64,000 nucleotides of DNA. Source: a virus. Position 1 is the stretch's first letter, and each line of letters opens with the position of its first letter. Where the stretch lies: the IMG/VR virus record IMGVR_UViG_3300042261_001309, positions 63,117 to 127,116 of that record; one strand, given 5' to 3'. The notes beneath the pieces are model-generated. The model was not told the DNA's origin. It worked only from the letters and a program-made list of their open reading frames with translations, and did no database searches. The position numbers were made by a program, and so were the translations under genes. Of this stretch, positions 1 to 8,996 are shown piece after piece.

Positions 1-1765
1 TGCGAATTAAGTAAGGCAAATCAAACCGCTGCAACTGCATACCTAATTCTTCTTCCAACGTACCTCTATAGGTTTGTATTAAGTTTCTAGGAAACCGAGT
101 AATATGCAAGGTATCATAAGCCAACCGTAATTTACTGAGATACTTATCCCGTTGAGCATTCTTGGCTTTATTTTGCTGAGAAGTAGCTAACTGATTATCC
201 AGCATAGTTAATTCAGCGTTAACCGTAGCTACGGCGTTTGATAACTCATTTACTTCTACGACACGGCGCTTATTAATATCCAGCGCTTCCTGCATAGCTC
301 TTAACTCAGCTTCAGGTGAACCGTTACCCGCATAGCTCATTAATCCTTTTAGCTTTTCATTAGCTACGGCGATTTCACCGGTTAAACAAACTACAGTAAG
401 ATTAAGCTCATTAACCTGTTTAGTTAAATTAACCAATCTTCCAAGTTCATTATTTACTTGGCGGTCTTCAGTTTCGTCGTATTTTGACGCTTCTAATACT
501 TGTAAGTCCTGTCGCAGTTTTTCACAGTTTTTAAAGTCCCACCGTTGCGCAAGCTTGGCGTTAAGCTTATCACTCTCCGCTCTAGCTGCTTGAATCAAGT
601 TAGTCCTGACCGTGTTTCTTTCACTCAACGCAACTATTTCCTGCTGCACAGCATTTAGTCTTTCCTGTACATTCGCAATAGCTTGCCCACACGTAGGACA
701 AGTAGGATTAACAGACAAAGTATGATAACCTTCAAATTCAACGGCTAATTGATCTAGGCGATTATCCGCGATTGCTTTATCACTGGTTAACGCCGCTATG
801 GTTGTTTGCTGTTTATTGAACTCTGCGGACAGCTGGGTAAACTCTTCTTCTGATTTTACAGTTAATTTTGATTCAGCTGCCGTAATGCGAGCGACCAATT
901 CTGACTTTCGCTTATACCTATCCTTATCCAGCATTATTTGCTGAGCACGCAAACCCAGCTGGGTTAATTTATCCTGATCACATTCCTTGTTTATTTTTTC
1001 CAAGGTTGAGTTAGCCGCAGCCAATTTAGCCTTAAAGTCGGCCAAGCTAGCTTCAATGCGCGGTTTAAGCTGCGCGTCGGCAATACACCGCTTATAGTAT
1101 TCTAGGCTATTTAAAATCCGCGAGATAACCCCTTCGTCTAATAATGACTCGGAAACTCGCTGTCTATGCTCAGTTAATTGGGCAAGCTTAGCTTGAGCAT
1201 CGGTTACTCGGCTATTTAAAACTACTACATCTTCTTCGGGCAACGGCGGAGGCGCATTCTTAATATAGTTATCCCAAATCACAGCCCTAAGTCTTTCAGT
1301 GTTAGGAACCATGAATATTTTCTGAAATACCTTCTCCCTTACGGACGAGTCACCAGAAAATAACTCAGGTATCTGATTTTGTCGGCCGACAATTACATGC
1401 TTAAATATATGTCCGTCTATCTGCAGTAACTTGGCCCATAAGTCTTTTACCTCAGTCGCTTTATGGTAGGTTGCGCCATCATAGTTTAAATGCACTTTCG
1501 ACGAATCTATATGACGTGTCAAAATGCCTTCTTTACCATTAAGTATAAACTTACCTTGCACATACGATTGCCCGTTTGTGCCGGTCAGCATTAAGTCTTT
1601 CTTGTCATCGTAACCTTCGCCAACAAACAAAAAAGTAAGCGCCTCAATTATGGAAGACTTACCAGATCCGTTTAGCCCTATGATACCGGTTACACCAGAT
1701 TTAAATTCAAACGATGCCTCTGGGAAACATCGAAAGTTTTTTAGAGATAACTGGGTTATTTGCAT
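1..1765 (-). CDS. sbcC: SbcC/Rad50-like SMC-family ATPase (3' end runs off the window)
   Basis: Manual translation from ATG at 1765 gives MQITQLSLKNFRCF...GIIGLNGSGKSSIIEAL (Walker A), a long coiled coil and an in-frame CPTCG zinc hook at about 690-700. Lies next to an Mre11-like gene. Absent from the ORF track because it has no stop in the window. Confidence 0.9.
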   Translation of the reverse strand, partial: MQITQLSLKNFRCFPEASFEFKSGVTGIIGLNGSGKSSIIEALTFLFVGEGYDDKKDLMLTGTNGQSYVQGKFILNGKEGILTRHIDSSKVHLNYDGATYHKATEVKDLWAKLLQIDGHIFKHVIVGRQNQIPELFSGDSSVREKVFQKIFMVPNTERLRAVIWDNYIKNAPPPLPEEDVVVLNSRVTDAQAKLAQLTEHRQRVSESLLDEGVISRILNSLEYYKRCIADAQLKPRIEASLADFKAKLAAANSTLEKINKECDQDKLTQLGLRAQQIMLDKDRYKRKSELVARITAAESKLTVKSEEEFTQLSAEFNKQQTTIAALTSDKAIADNRLDQLAVEFEGYHTLSVNPTCPTCGQAIANVQERLNAVQQEIVALSERNTVRTNLIQAARAESDKLNAKLAQRWDFKNCEKLRQDLQVLEASKYDETEDRQVNNELGRLVNLTKQVNELNLTVVCLTGEIAVANEKLKGLMSYAGNGSPEAELRAMQEALDINKRRVVEVNELSNAVATVNAELTMLDNQLATSQQNKAKNAQRDKYLSKLRLAYDTLHITRFPRNLIQTYRGTLEEELGMQLQRFDLPYLIR

Positions 1766-1777
1766 AACTTTTAAACC

Positions 1778-1972
1778 TTACAACGGTGGGTTAGTTTTTC
1801 GCATCTTATACACCGTAATGCACACCAATATAAAAAAGGTGAGAATAAGAATCGATTTAAAGCACAGCCAAATGCACACCGGTAAAAATACGACCAACCA
1901 GCAACAGCCAAGCCAGTCGATTACTTTTACAACGATTAGCAATAATACAATGGCGGTTAACCACTCTAGCAT
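1778..1972 (-). CDS. small hydrophobic membrane protein
   Basis: 64 aa, almost entirely hydrophobic with a basic C-terminus. Fills the gap between sbcD and sbcC. Confidence 0.55.
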   Translation of the reverse strand: MLEWLTAIVLLLIVVKVIDWLGCCWLVVFLPVCIWLCFKSILILTFFILVCITVYKMRKTNPPL

Positions 1973-3054
1973 AGCTGGGCCTTTACAAATTTATCCAAAA
2001 CCAACTTTGAATCCTCGGTGTTAATAAGTGAATATAGCAAATCCACGATATCGGGCTGCTCGCAACTAAGCTTCAATGCTTCGTATACGCGATCCGTATT
2101 GTTTATTTCACTGCGAATACTGCATTCCACCTTGGCATGTTTTACATTAGCTGATACTTGAGCTAACCGCACATGGGCTACTCGATATAGACTGGTAAGT
2201 AATTTTAGCTTATCTTGTGTACTGCGATTGTACTTAACAACCACTACTGGCATGGCGCCTTTTGCTTTTTCGTATCTTGAATATAGATAGCCGATTTCGT
2301 GCTCTTTGAAATCAAGAGAAGTTAAATCGACTATATGATAACCTCGCTTTAACGTCAGTGGTATACGTTTTAAGGTCTTACCGTCGAAATGGATTACACT
2401 TTTAGCATCACCTATTTCACCAGAATTAATTACGCCCGGCGAACCACAATACATTACAGGTATTTCTTTAGTGCAATTTTTTAACGTACCTTGTAAGGGT
2501 TTATGTATATCCCCTAAGATAATTCCTTTTAATTTTGGAAATACCTCAAATACAGGAAAAGTACTGAAATCGATTTTCTTCTTTTCCTCACAGAATGGGA
2601 ATATACTTAAAAACTGGCCATGGAAAAACAGCCATTCAACCTTAGAAGCATAGGCACATGCTTTTAATCCATCCGGTATATAATCTTTAACGTCGCTATA
2701 ATCCAACCCAAATAAGTTAGGCGTAGCGTCTTCAGAAAAGGCTAGAAACTCAGAAGCATCCCTAAGCCAACATTTACCATTAATTGGTTTACTGTGGTCA
2801 CCTGCTAATCCAATTGGGGTAACACCGTTATTCTTAAGTAGTCTTACGCCGTCTTTTACAAAGCTTATTAATTCCGGAGTTGGTTTGTTAGTGTCGAACT
2901 CGTCGCCACAATTAATCAAATAATCTACCTTTAAGCTAATAGCTAAAGAACAGATATCCGTAAATGTGGTTTTAAGATCCTGGGCCAACTCCGGTTTATT
3001 AAACGGAGTCAGCCCAAGATGCAGGTCTGCAAAAGCTAGAAATGATTTACTCAT
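1966..3054 (-). CDS. sbcD: SbcD/Mre11-like metallophosphoesterase nuclease
   Basis: Motifs DLHLG, GDEFD, GDH (GNH variant), FHG, GDIH and YCGSP. Upstream of sbcC. Confidence 0.9.
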   Translation of the reverse strand: MSKSFLAFADLHLGLTPFNKPELAQDLKTTFTDICSLAISLKVDYLINCGDEFDTNKPTPELISFVKDGVRLLKNNGVTPIGLAGDHSKPINGKCWLRDASEFLAFSEDATPNLFGLDYSDVKDYIPDGLKACAYASKVEWLFFHGQFLSIFPFCEEKKKIDFSTFPVFEVFPKLKGIILGDIHKPLQGTLKNCTKEIPVMYCGSPGVINSGEIGDAKSVIHFDGKTLKRIPLTLKRGYHIVDLTSLDFKEHEIGYLYSRYEKAKGAMPVVVVKYNRSTQDKLKLLTSLYRVAHVRLAQVSANVKHAKVECSIRSEINNTDRVYEALKLSCEQPDIVDLLYSLINTEDSKLVLDKFVKAQLC

Positions 3055-3281
3055 AGGTCGGACTCGAAAATACGATGCTCTTCAGCGACCACCTTATCTC
3101 GATCTTTACCACGTGCCACTACTTGACCGTTACTTTTTCTAATCGCTACCCATTCTTGCGTAGTAGTATCCCATTCTACATCACTTATACGAGGCTTTTC
3201 AGCCGGTCCTAATTTAAGTGCATCAATTGACTTATGATCAATAGCCGTAACTGTGCCGTCTTGAGATATTTTAATTCGCAT
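3051..3281 (-). CDS. small hypothetical protein, likely part of the DUF2997/DUF1257/AAA module
   Basis: The pattern 'I..DGTVTAI...LG...RISDVEWD....W.A' resembles, from memory, the small 'RASHVEP'-type gene that accompanies DUF2997/DUF1257 loci. 4-bp overlap with sbcD. Confidence 0.5.
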   Translation of the reverse strand: MRIKISQDGTVTAIDHKSIDALKLGPAEKPRISDVEWDTTTQEWVAIRKSNGQVVARGKDRDKVVAEEHRIFESDL

Positions 3282-3282
3282 A

Positions 3283-3325
3283 ATAAAAAGAAATAACCCC
3301 GCTCCATATTTCAGAAGCGGGGTTA
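3283..3325 (-). terminator. Rho-independent terminator after the beta-barrel gene
   Basis: TAACCCCGCT..AGCGGGGTTA stem followed by TTTCTTTTT on the minus strand. Confidence 0.75.
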
Positions 3326-3352
3326 CAACCAGATAACAACCTACAACAACAA

Positions 3353-3964
3353 CTAGAACACAAACCGCAATGACGTACCAATCACATGTGCGTCATCCCA
3401 CTTTGCACCACCATCCTTAAAAGATTCGTAAAAATAGAATACACTTCCTTTAAGGTGTTTAGTGATTTTATAATCAAAACCACCAAAAGCTCGATTTTTG
3501 TCGAAGTCCATTCCTCGATCTGCATCAAGGAACATTTCATCGGCAATGAATGGATTAATCTCCAATTTGGTCCATTTCCAAGGTGTACTGTATTTAATCT
3601 TTTCGCTTAGCTCGTAAGTATTATCCAGGTTTTCAGGCGCCAGACCTACCTCGAACTGTGAACGCAGACTGAGCTGCCCCCAGCTGCTTTCGGGTGTTTT
3701 AAACGTGATACCCGGTAGGAACTTATTCCAATTGTCAAAGCCGGTACCCTTATCTTCAAACACTAGCCGGTAGCCACCAAACAGGTCGATCCACGGCGTA
3801 AGCGAATACGCCAATTTCAGATCAGTGTGGTTATAATAAAACCCACCGTCAGTTTTTACCCGGACTTCATCTTCCACAGTAAATGTCAGATTAGTCGGCC
3901 AGGCGTTCGCGGCGCTAACTGCGGCCAGCATTACGATTCCAATTAACAGTTTCTTCATAATCAT
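3353..3964 (-). CDS. outer-membrane beta-barrel protein (DUF2490-like)
   Basis: Signal peptide MKKLLIGIVMLAAVSAANA, alternating amphipathic beta strands, 'PFIADEMF...DKNR.FGG.DY' pattern and C-terminal Phe (BAM signal). Confidence 0.75.
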   Translation of the reverse strand: MIMKKLLIGIVMLAAVSAANAWPTNLTFTVEDEVRVKTDGGFYYNHTDLKLAYSLTPWIDLFGGYRLVFEDKGTGFDNWNKFLPGITFKTPESSWGQLSLRSQFEVGLAPENLDNTYELSEKIKYSTPWKWTKLEINPFIADEMFLDADRGMDFDKNRAFGGFDYKITKHLKGSVFYFYESFKDGGAKWDDAHVIGTSLRFVF

Positions 3965-4046
3965 ATTTAGTTCTTACTTCCGAGCTTCCTAACTCAGATT
4001 CTTACCTTTCAAAAACAGTTTACCAACCCTATTTTCAAAAGAAAAC

Positions 4047-4087
4047 AAAAAAGGAGGGTGAGAAAATAGAAAAAACTCACCCCCCTC
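4047..4087 (-). terminator. Rho-independent terminator
   Basis: GGGTGAG/CTCACCC stem followed by TTTTTTGTTTTC on the minus strand. Confidence 0.65.
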
Positions 4088-4097
4088 GACCTAATTG

Positions 4098-4307
4098 CTA
4101 CAGCGACTGATCTACCGTAACATCGTTTTCTACTTTATAGAAATTGCCCGTAGTGTGCCGCGTATTTTCGTCGGCTTTACCCAACACCTTCTCGAGGTCG
4201 TGTGTAAGAGCCTGGCAACCCTGGCCAACCCCAGCAACATCGACAATTTGTACAGCACCGTCAGCCTTGATCAAGATTTGTAATTGCTTACCCATATTAA
4301 TAACCAT
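4098..4307 (-). CDS. DUF2997-like protein
   Basis: 'I.IKADGAV.I.DVAGVGQGCQALT..LE..LG......T..FY' matches the DUF2997 pattern; genomic context agrees. Confidence 0.75.
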   Translation of the reverse strand: MVINMGKQLQILIKADGAVQIVDVAGVGQGCQALTHDLEKVLGKADENTRHTTGNFYKVENDVTVDQSL

Positions 4308-4566
4308 TTACAATAGAAACGTATTGCATATCACGCAGCCCAGTGTCAGCGTGCCATTTAAACTTAAGTTTCACTGCGTGCGACTTATTACCGCACCAGT
4401 TTATCGTGATATAAATCAGGGCGTTGTAATACTGCGGATCTTCCTCGTCTTTACACAGACTTTGGCGCACCACTGTAACCTTTTCGGGTGGTGGCACTTC
4501 CGAAGCATACATTGCCTGAATATCAGCGACAATTTGAGCGAATTGAATATCGCTAACGCTTTTCAT
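4297..4566 (-). CDS. hypothetical protein
   Basis: 89-aa ORF tightly packed in the operon. Confidence 0.55.
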   Translation of the reverse strand: MKSVSDIQFAQIVADIQAMYASEVPPPEKVTVVRQSLCKDEEDPQYYNALIYITINWCGNKSHAVKLKFKWHADTGLRDMQYVSIVNGY

Positions 4567-4568
4567 TC

Positions 4569-4955
4569 TTAAAGGTTTACCGTCAGATACATGTCTTGGT
4601 TTTCGAGGATTTCCCGATTAATCACAGCACCATAGAAATGATTCTCAATTACGGCTGCTGCGAATTCCTGTTTCAATTTACCTAGGTCTTTACCCAGCGA
4701 TTGTTCAATGGACCCGCCGTATAGGTCGGTGGTCAAATCAACCAGCTCGTTACCCAAGGTCATGCCGATGTCATGGATATGCAACCCAGTAGTAGCTGGG
4801 TTAACGGCAACATACGGATACTGCTGGGTGCCGCCAGCATATGTGCGGCTGTTGGCGTTTTCTACTACCTGCCAGCCTAAACGACTGAATGCGGTTTTCA
4901 GAGAATCAAAGTTCTCCACTTTGAATTGGGTTGCGATTTTTACTTGATGGCTCAT
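4569..4955 (-). CDS. DUF1257 (Ycf35-like) protein
   Basis: N-terminal MSH..KIATQ, 'L..AF..LGW' and 'DIG......DL..D.Y...L.QE.A' pattern; context with DUF2997 and the AAA ATPase. Confidence 0.75.
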   Translation of the reverse strand: MSHQVKIATQFKVENFDSLKTAFSRLGWQVVENANSRTYAGGTQQYPYVAVNPATTGLHIHDIGMTLGNELVDLTTDLYGGSIEQSLGKDLGKLKQEFAAAVIENHFYGAVINREILENQDMYLTVNL

Positions 4956-4959
4956 ACTA

Positions 4960-5313
4960 TTAACTTACTTCGTATTTTTTTAGGAACTCACTAACTACGG
5001 TCAAGATATTGTCTCCTTCAGGTTGAATCACAAAATCATCAACCGTACCGTAGGCTTTTATAAACTCGCTGACATTTTTAGTCAACCATTGGTTTAAGAA
5101 AGTTCTAAACTTAGCGTGACTAAACGATACTTCTTCAAGCTCGTTGCTGTTATCCTCGGCTGGTACAGAGATTACCAATAAACCGTCCTCCAGCCTATCT
5201 TTATTTATCTTACCTTTAATAGCCAACTCACACAAGGGCATCCTAAGTACCCCTGTTGATTTGGATGTTTTTAAAAACAGGGTGTCTAACTTGAAGTCCT
5301 CGTCTTGGGTCAT
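4960..5313 (-). CDS. hypothetical protein
   Basis: 117-aa ORF with a 4-bp overlap with the upstream gene. Confidence 0.55.
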   Translation of the reverse strand: MTQDEDFKLDTLFLKTSKSTGVLRMPLCELAIKGKINKDRLEDGLLVISVPAEDNSNELEEVSFSHAKFRTFLNQWLTKNVSEFIKAYGTVDDFVIQPEGDNILTVVSEFLKKYEVS

Positions 5314-6290
5314 ACCTGAATACGACGAACATATTCGCCGGTAACCGTGTCAATGTCACTAACTTTTTGTGCGGCATCCAAAACCTGGCCAACCGCAAGC
5401 TGCAACGCTTCTTTGGCCTCTGTGTCATTCTTAAAATCTCTACCGGTAACCAACAAGGCTTGCACTGCTTGCAACTGGTCAGCCACGGCTGAGTCATTTA
5501 AGAAATTCACATCTTTAAAGGATTCCACAACGTCACTCAACGAAGCAATGTTTCTGCTGGAGATAACCTTGCCTGTGCGCAACCGTTCCGCAACATTTGA
5601 AAAGGCGGAAATAATATTACCTCTAACGTGTGTTACTGCATCAGATAAGAACGAATTGAGCGTCCTGAAGTTTTCGTGGTATACGGCCGCCAAGTCTTCC
5701 CGTTGCCGATCCAAAAGCTCCCGCTCAGCGGTTTGCTGCGCTTGAAGAGTTTGTAACGACACCTCGTCCATTTTTGTGGGGAACGACACGGCAAACATAC
5801 TAATCCCGAACTGAAACTTGCTACGAATTTGATCCGCAGCCGGGTAGTGTTTCTCCAATTTATCTCGATAGGCTTCATTGTCGCTAAGGTAACTTTCTAC
5901 GGTTGCAGCATACTCTGTCACAAAACGATCTACTTCACCAAAGAACTGATCACGATACGCGTTAAGCCTGCTCAAAACCTCAGGCACTTTGGCAGTGGGA
6001 ATAAAATGCGCCGCCCCAATAGGAAATGGGATAGCCATCTGTTTCAGATTAAGCACACCTCGCGCCCGACTTTCAATGGTATTGAAAATCTTCATTCTCG
6101 CCGCCGGGATTAATTGCTTGGTACCCAAATTAGCAAACTTGGGAACCTCCTCGTCAGTTAAACCCAAGTCATGGGCAGACAAGGACGCCACGGCTGGCCA
6201 TGCTGCAATGTGTACGGCTACTAACTTACCGTCCTGAAATAACTGCTGGGTTAACTGTGCAATGCGTTGTTCTACTGTTTGATTTTCCAT
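5310..6290 (-). CDS. DUF3150-like protein
   Basis: 'L...DLGL....P....LGTKQLIP....F..IESRAR...PF.....FIP' and 'YP....IRSKF.F' pattern; context next to the AAA ATPase. Confidence 0.7.
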   Translation of the reverse strand: MENQTVEQRIAQLTQQLFQDGKLVAVHIAAWPAVASLSAHDLGLTDEEVPKFANLGTKQLIPAARMKIFNTIESRARGVLNLKQMAIPFPIGAAHFIPTAKVPEVLSRLNAYRDQFFGEVDRFVTEYAATVESYLSDNEAYRDKLEKHYPAADQIRSKFQFGISMFAVSFPTKMDEVSLQTLQAQQTAERELLDRQREDLAAVYHENFRTLNSFLSDAVTHVRGNIISAFSNVAERLRTGKVISSRNIASLSDVVESFKDVNFLNDSAVADQLQAVQALLVTGRDFKNDTEAKEALQLAVGQVLDAAQKVSDIDTVTGEYVRRIQV

Positions 6291-6330
6291 AAAAATAAAA
6301 AGGGAGAGACACGGTTAAATGTCCCTCCCT
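6291..6330 (-). terminator. terminator-like hairpin after the AAA ATPase
   Basis: AGGGAGGGACA/TGTCTCTCCCT stem followed by TTTTATTTTT on the minus strand. Confidence 0.6.
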
Positions 6331-6351
6331 AATTGACTGATAGATATTATG

Positions 6352-6849
6352 TTATGTTATTTTACGCTCAGCTTCAGTAAGCACCGAAGCCTCCCCATCG
6401 TCGTTAGCCATTAGCAACCTGCCTTGCGCCTGTGCTTTCATTTCGGCAAGCTCAGTGGCATTCGACGTCGACTGCGGAATGGTCGCTTGACACTCATCAA
6501 GCAACATGCGAGTTGTGAATTCTTTACCATTGTCGGCATATGCTTTAAACATAGTCGAAATGATAACCTGTTCAATTTCTGCGCCAGTAAATTTATCACT
6601 GGCGGCAGCGAGCTTATTTAGATCGAATTTTGCTGGATTGCGCTGCTTAAGCTTAAGCTGCACTTCCCAAATTTGCTTTCGATCTTGTTCATCCGGCAGA
6701 TCAATCCACATAGCCGCATCAAAACGGCCTTTTCGTACTAGTTCCGGCGGAAGCAACGTAAAGTTGTTCGACGTACCTAGTACGAAAACTGGAGTTTTGC
6801 GATCGCTAAGCCAAGACAATAACGTGGCGAATAGCCTAGAACTTGTACC
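6352..6849 (-). CDS. Ycf46-like AAA ATPase, exon 2
   Basis: Begins GTSSRLFATLLSWL and contains sensor-1/SRH 'GTSNN...LPPELVRKGRFD' and the lid 'FTGAEIEQ'. Confidence 0.9.
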   Translation of the reverse strand, partial: GTSSRLFATLLSWLSDRKTPVFVLGTSNNFTLLPPELVRKGRFDAAMWIDLPDEQDRKQIWEVQLKLKQRNPAKFDLNKLAAASDKFTGAEIEQVIISTMFKAYADNGKEFTTRMLLDECQATIPQSTSNATELAEMKAQAQGRLLMANDDGEASVLTEAERKIT

Positions 6850-6895
6850 CACTTATCTTATGAATATACCGTTTCCGTATATTCGCTGTGTATCA

Positions 6896-7447
6896 CTACA
6901 CAGATGAGGTCATATTTTTATTCTTCTTTTGAAGTGCGCGTTGTTTTTTATAGCACCGGTTGCAACGGCCAAACCCATGATGCGGAACAGTAGTCGTACC
7001 ACAAGAAACACAACTAAGGTATTTTGTAGACCACGTAGCAATATGCGGATGATGAACCCTGCTATGACAAATATTACATAATGTTTGTAGATTACTTAAT
7101 TCATTGTTAGGGTTAGGTTTCCCTCTGCCGTTTCCATCGATATGGTGCACAGCTAGTTTTTTAGTAGATCCACAATGGCAACATTTATAACCGTCGCGCT
7201 CAAGAGCATTTTTCCGATTATTACCAAATTTTCGAGTATACTGCATGTATTCCTCTTTATGTGTATGGTAATGCTTATGTGACTTAGCCTTTATATACTC
7301 TCGATTTTCCATGTAATATTCTCGCTTCCTCTGTTTAATAGCCTGATCCCGCATGTAGCATGAGTTACACAGTCCCCTAGCCCGATGCGGAAGCTCACAC
7401 GTTCCACACACAACACAAGCATCGTATTTTTTGGCCCACTTTTCCAT
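6896..7447 (-). CDS. intron-encoded HNH homing endonuclease with flanking Zn-finger repeats
   Basis: 'ALERDGYKCCHCG...LAVHHIDG...NNELSNLQTLCNICHSRVH'. The likely start is the ATG at 7447 (MEKWAK), not 7534 as in the ORF track. Confidence 0.85.
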   Translation of the reverse strand: MEKWAKKYDACVVCGTCELPHRARGLCNSCYMRDQAIKQRKREYYMENREYIKAKSHKHYHTHKEEYMQYTRKFGNNRKNALERDGYKCCHCGSTKKLAVHHIDGNGRGKPNPNNELSNLQTLCNICHSRVHHPHIATWSTKYLSCVSCGTTTVPHHGFGRCNRCYKKQRALQKKNKNMTSSV

Positions 7448-7448
7448 T

Positions 7449-7655
7449 TTAACCCTTTGCCTCCTTTTTGCGTGAATACGACGCCCATTTTTGGGCTTTA
7501 AACCGTTCCTGTTTTTTGGGGTCTGGATTGGCATGATATTGTTTTAAATAACAATATATGCATAATCCTTTTGCCATGTGCCGTTTTTTATTTGTGCCGC
7601 ACATAACGCACTTATCGTGTTTAATGGACCATTTAGTCATAACGGCATTATCCAC
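7449..7655 (-). CDS. small intron-encoded Zn-finger protein
   Basis: KWSIKHDKCVMCGTNKKRHMAKGLCIYCY is the same repeat found at both ends of the HNH protein. Its stop is 1 nt before the HNH ATG. Confidence 0.65.
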   Translation of the reverse strand: MDNAVMTKWSIKHDKCVMCGTNKKRHMAKGLCIYCYLKQYHANPDPKKQERFKAQKWASYSRKKEAKG

Positions 7656-7899
7656 GATTTTAGAAACTTCTCAAGAAGAATATTCGGTGTTTCGCGAACA
7701 CTGTTCGCTACGAGCTTGCGCTCTGATCGTTGAACTCGCAACCTTAGTTAAAAGGCTGATCAGCTGCTGATTGACTCTTAGGTTTTTACCCACTCAGATA
7801 TTTTCAAACATTCACGCTCGTCATTACTGACCACGTTGTAGTTATCCGAGCTTAAGTTATTCCAGCAATTAACCGAATTTATCGACGGCAATACAACTC

Positions 7900-8991
7900 A
7901 CCGTCACTTCTACCGGCAGTCGCTGAAATAGAAAGTGATTTTTCTATTTCGTCTAACATGAGAATACAACTACCTACACCATCTAACGTCCGAATTACCG
8001 ACCGCATATTCTGCTCACTGGCGCCTACGAGGCTGGAGAACAATCCACCAATATCCAATTGGAACAATGGCAAATTAAGTGCATTAGATGTAGCCTTAGC
8101 CAGCAGTGTTTTTCCTACGCCAGGCGGTCCACAGACGAGTAGCCCCTTAGGATAGGGCAAACCGTATTTACGTGCTTCCGGCTCAAAAGCCTTGGTGCGT
8201 AATTGAATCCATTTTTTAACACCTTTCAATCCCCCTACTTGATCAAAGGTGACGTCAGGTTCAAGGTATTGCAACAACGCATTCTTCTTTACCTGCTGAA
8301 CCTTTTCAGAGAATACCGATGCCACGAAACCATCATTAAATGCCCCGTTTTCAACCAAGGCCAATGTGAAGCTATCCTCAGCTTCAGGATAAGTTAATCC
8401 TTTAGCCGCCTCAATCGCCCGTTGACGAATTTTAGGTGCAATCGACTTATTCGGATTGTCGAAGCATCGGTATACGAAATCAAGTCGGTCACCTAACATT
8501 GCTTCGTCAGGCAACGTATAATCCAACGTTTGAACCGACTTTTCCAAGTCGATCGGAATAGTACCGACCGGTGTAACAAACATTAAACAAACGGCAGCCG
8601 CTTTGAATACAGGTACCAAGTTCCGAAAAGTTCGGAGTATTTTAGGGTTCTGGATATACGGATGGAAGTCCTTAAGAATAATAATTACATTAGTTTCATT
8701 ACTTTTCCCGTAGCCTTCCAGCCATTTCATCAATGGCCCAACCTCGGTTTTATCCGAGATTGCTGCTTTACCCAATTCCCCTGAAGGCAGCTTTGTGAAC
8801 TTTGTAAGCCCACCCACTGCGTCCCATTCGTAAACAATACGGGCTGCTGCATTTCCGTTTTCACCTGCGTTAGGAGAGCCATAAAAAGCATCCCTAATGT
8901 CTCTACATACGCGGTCTTCTTCGTGCGTCACTACGAGCAGCATTGGGTATGCCGCCTTAATATAATTCCGTAACTTTTCTTGGAACTTCAT
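7900..8991 (-). CDS. Ycf46-like AAA ATPase, exon 1 (spliced product 529 aa)
   Basis: N-terminal 'YP.L.VVTHEEDR', 'LKDFHP', 'VGGL..VKKW', Walker A GPPGVGKT and Walker B LMLDEIEK. Ends at ...GRSDG. Confidence 0.9.
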
Positions 8992-8996
8992 GTGTG

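Larger units (their letters stand above)
6850..7899 (-). ncRNA. group I self-splicing intron (IA-like, with P7.1/P7.2), ORFs in L8
   Basis: P1 GACGGU/GCCGUC with a U.G pair at the 5' splice site; P10 UUGUAUU/GGUACAA; P3 UUCGGU/ACCGAA; P4 UGCUGG/UCAGCA; R GUUCAACGAUCA; P7.1 GAGC-GCAA-GCUC; P7.2 GCGAAC/GUUCGC; P8 UAUUCUUCUU/AAGAAGAAUA; S AAUAUGACC; P9 CUGUGUA-GUGA-UACACAG; terminal G at 6850. Removal restores SDG|GTSSR in frame. Confidence 0.92.

Noticed and set aside
6352-8991. AAA ATPase as a pseudogene disrupted by an HNH insertion
   Set aside because: The insert has group I intron structure and its precise removal restores the reading frame and the conserved motif.
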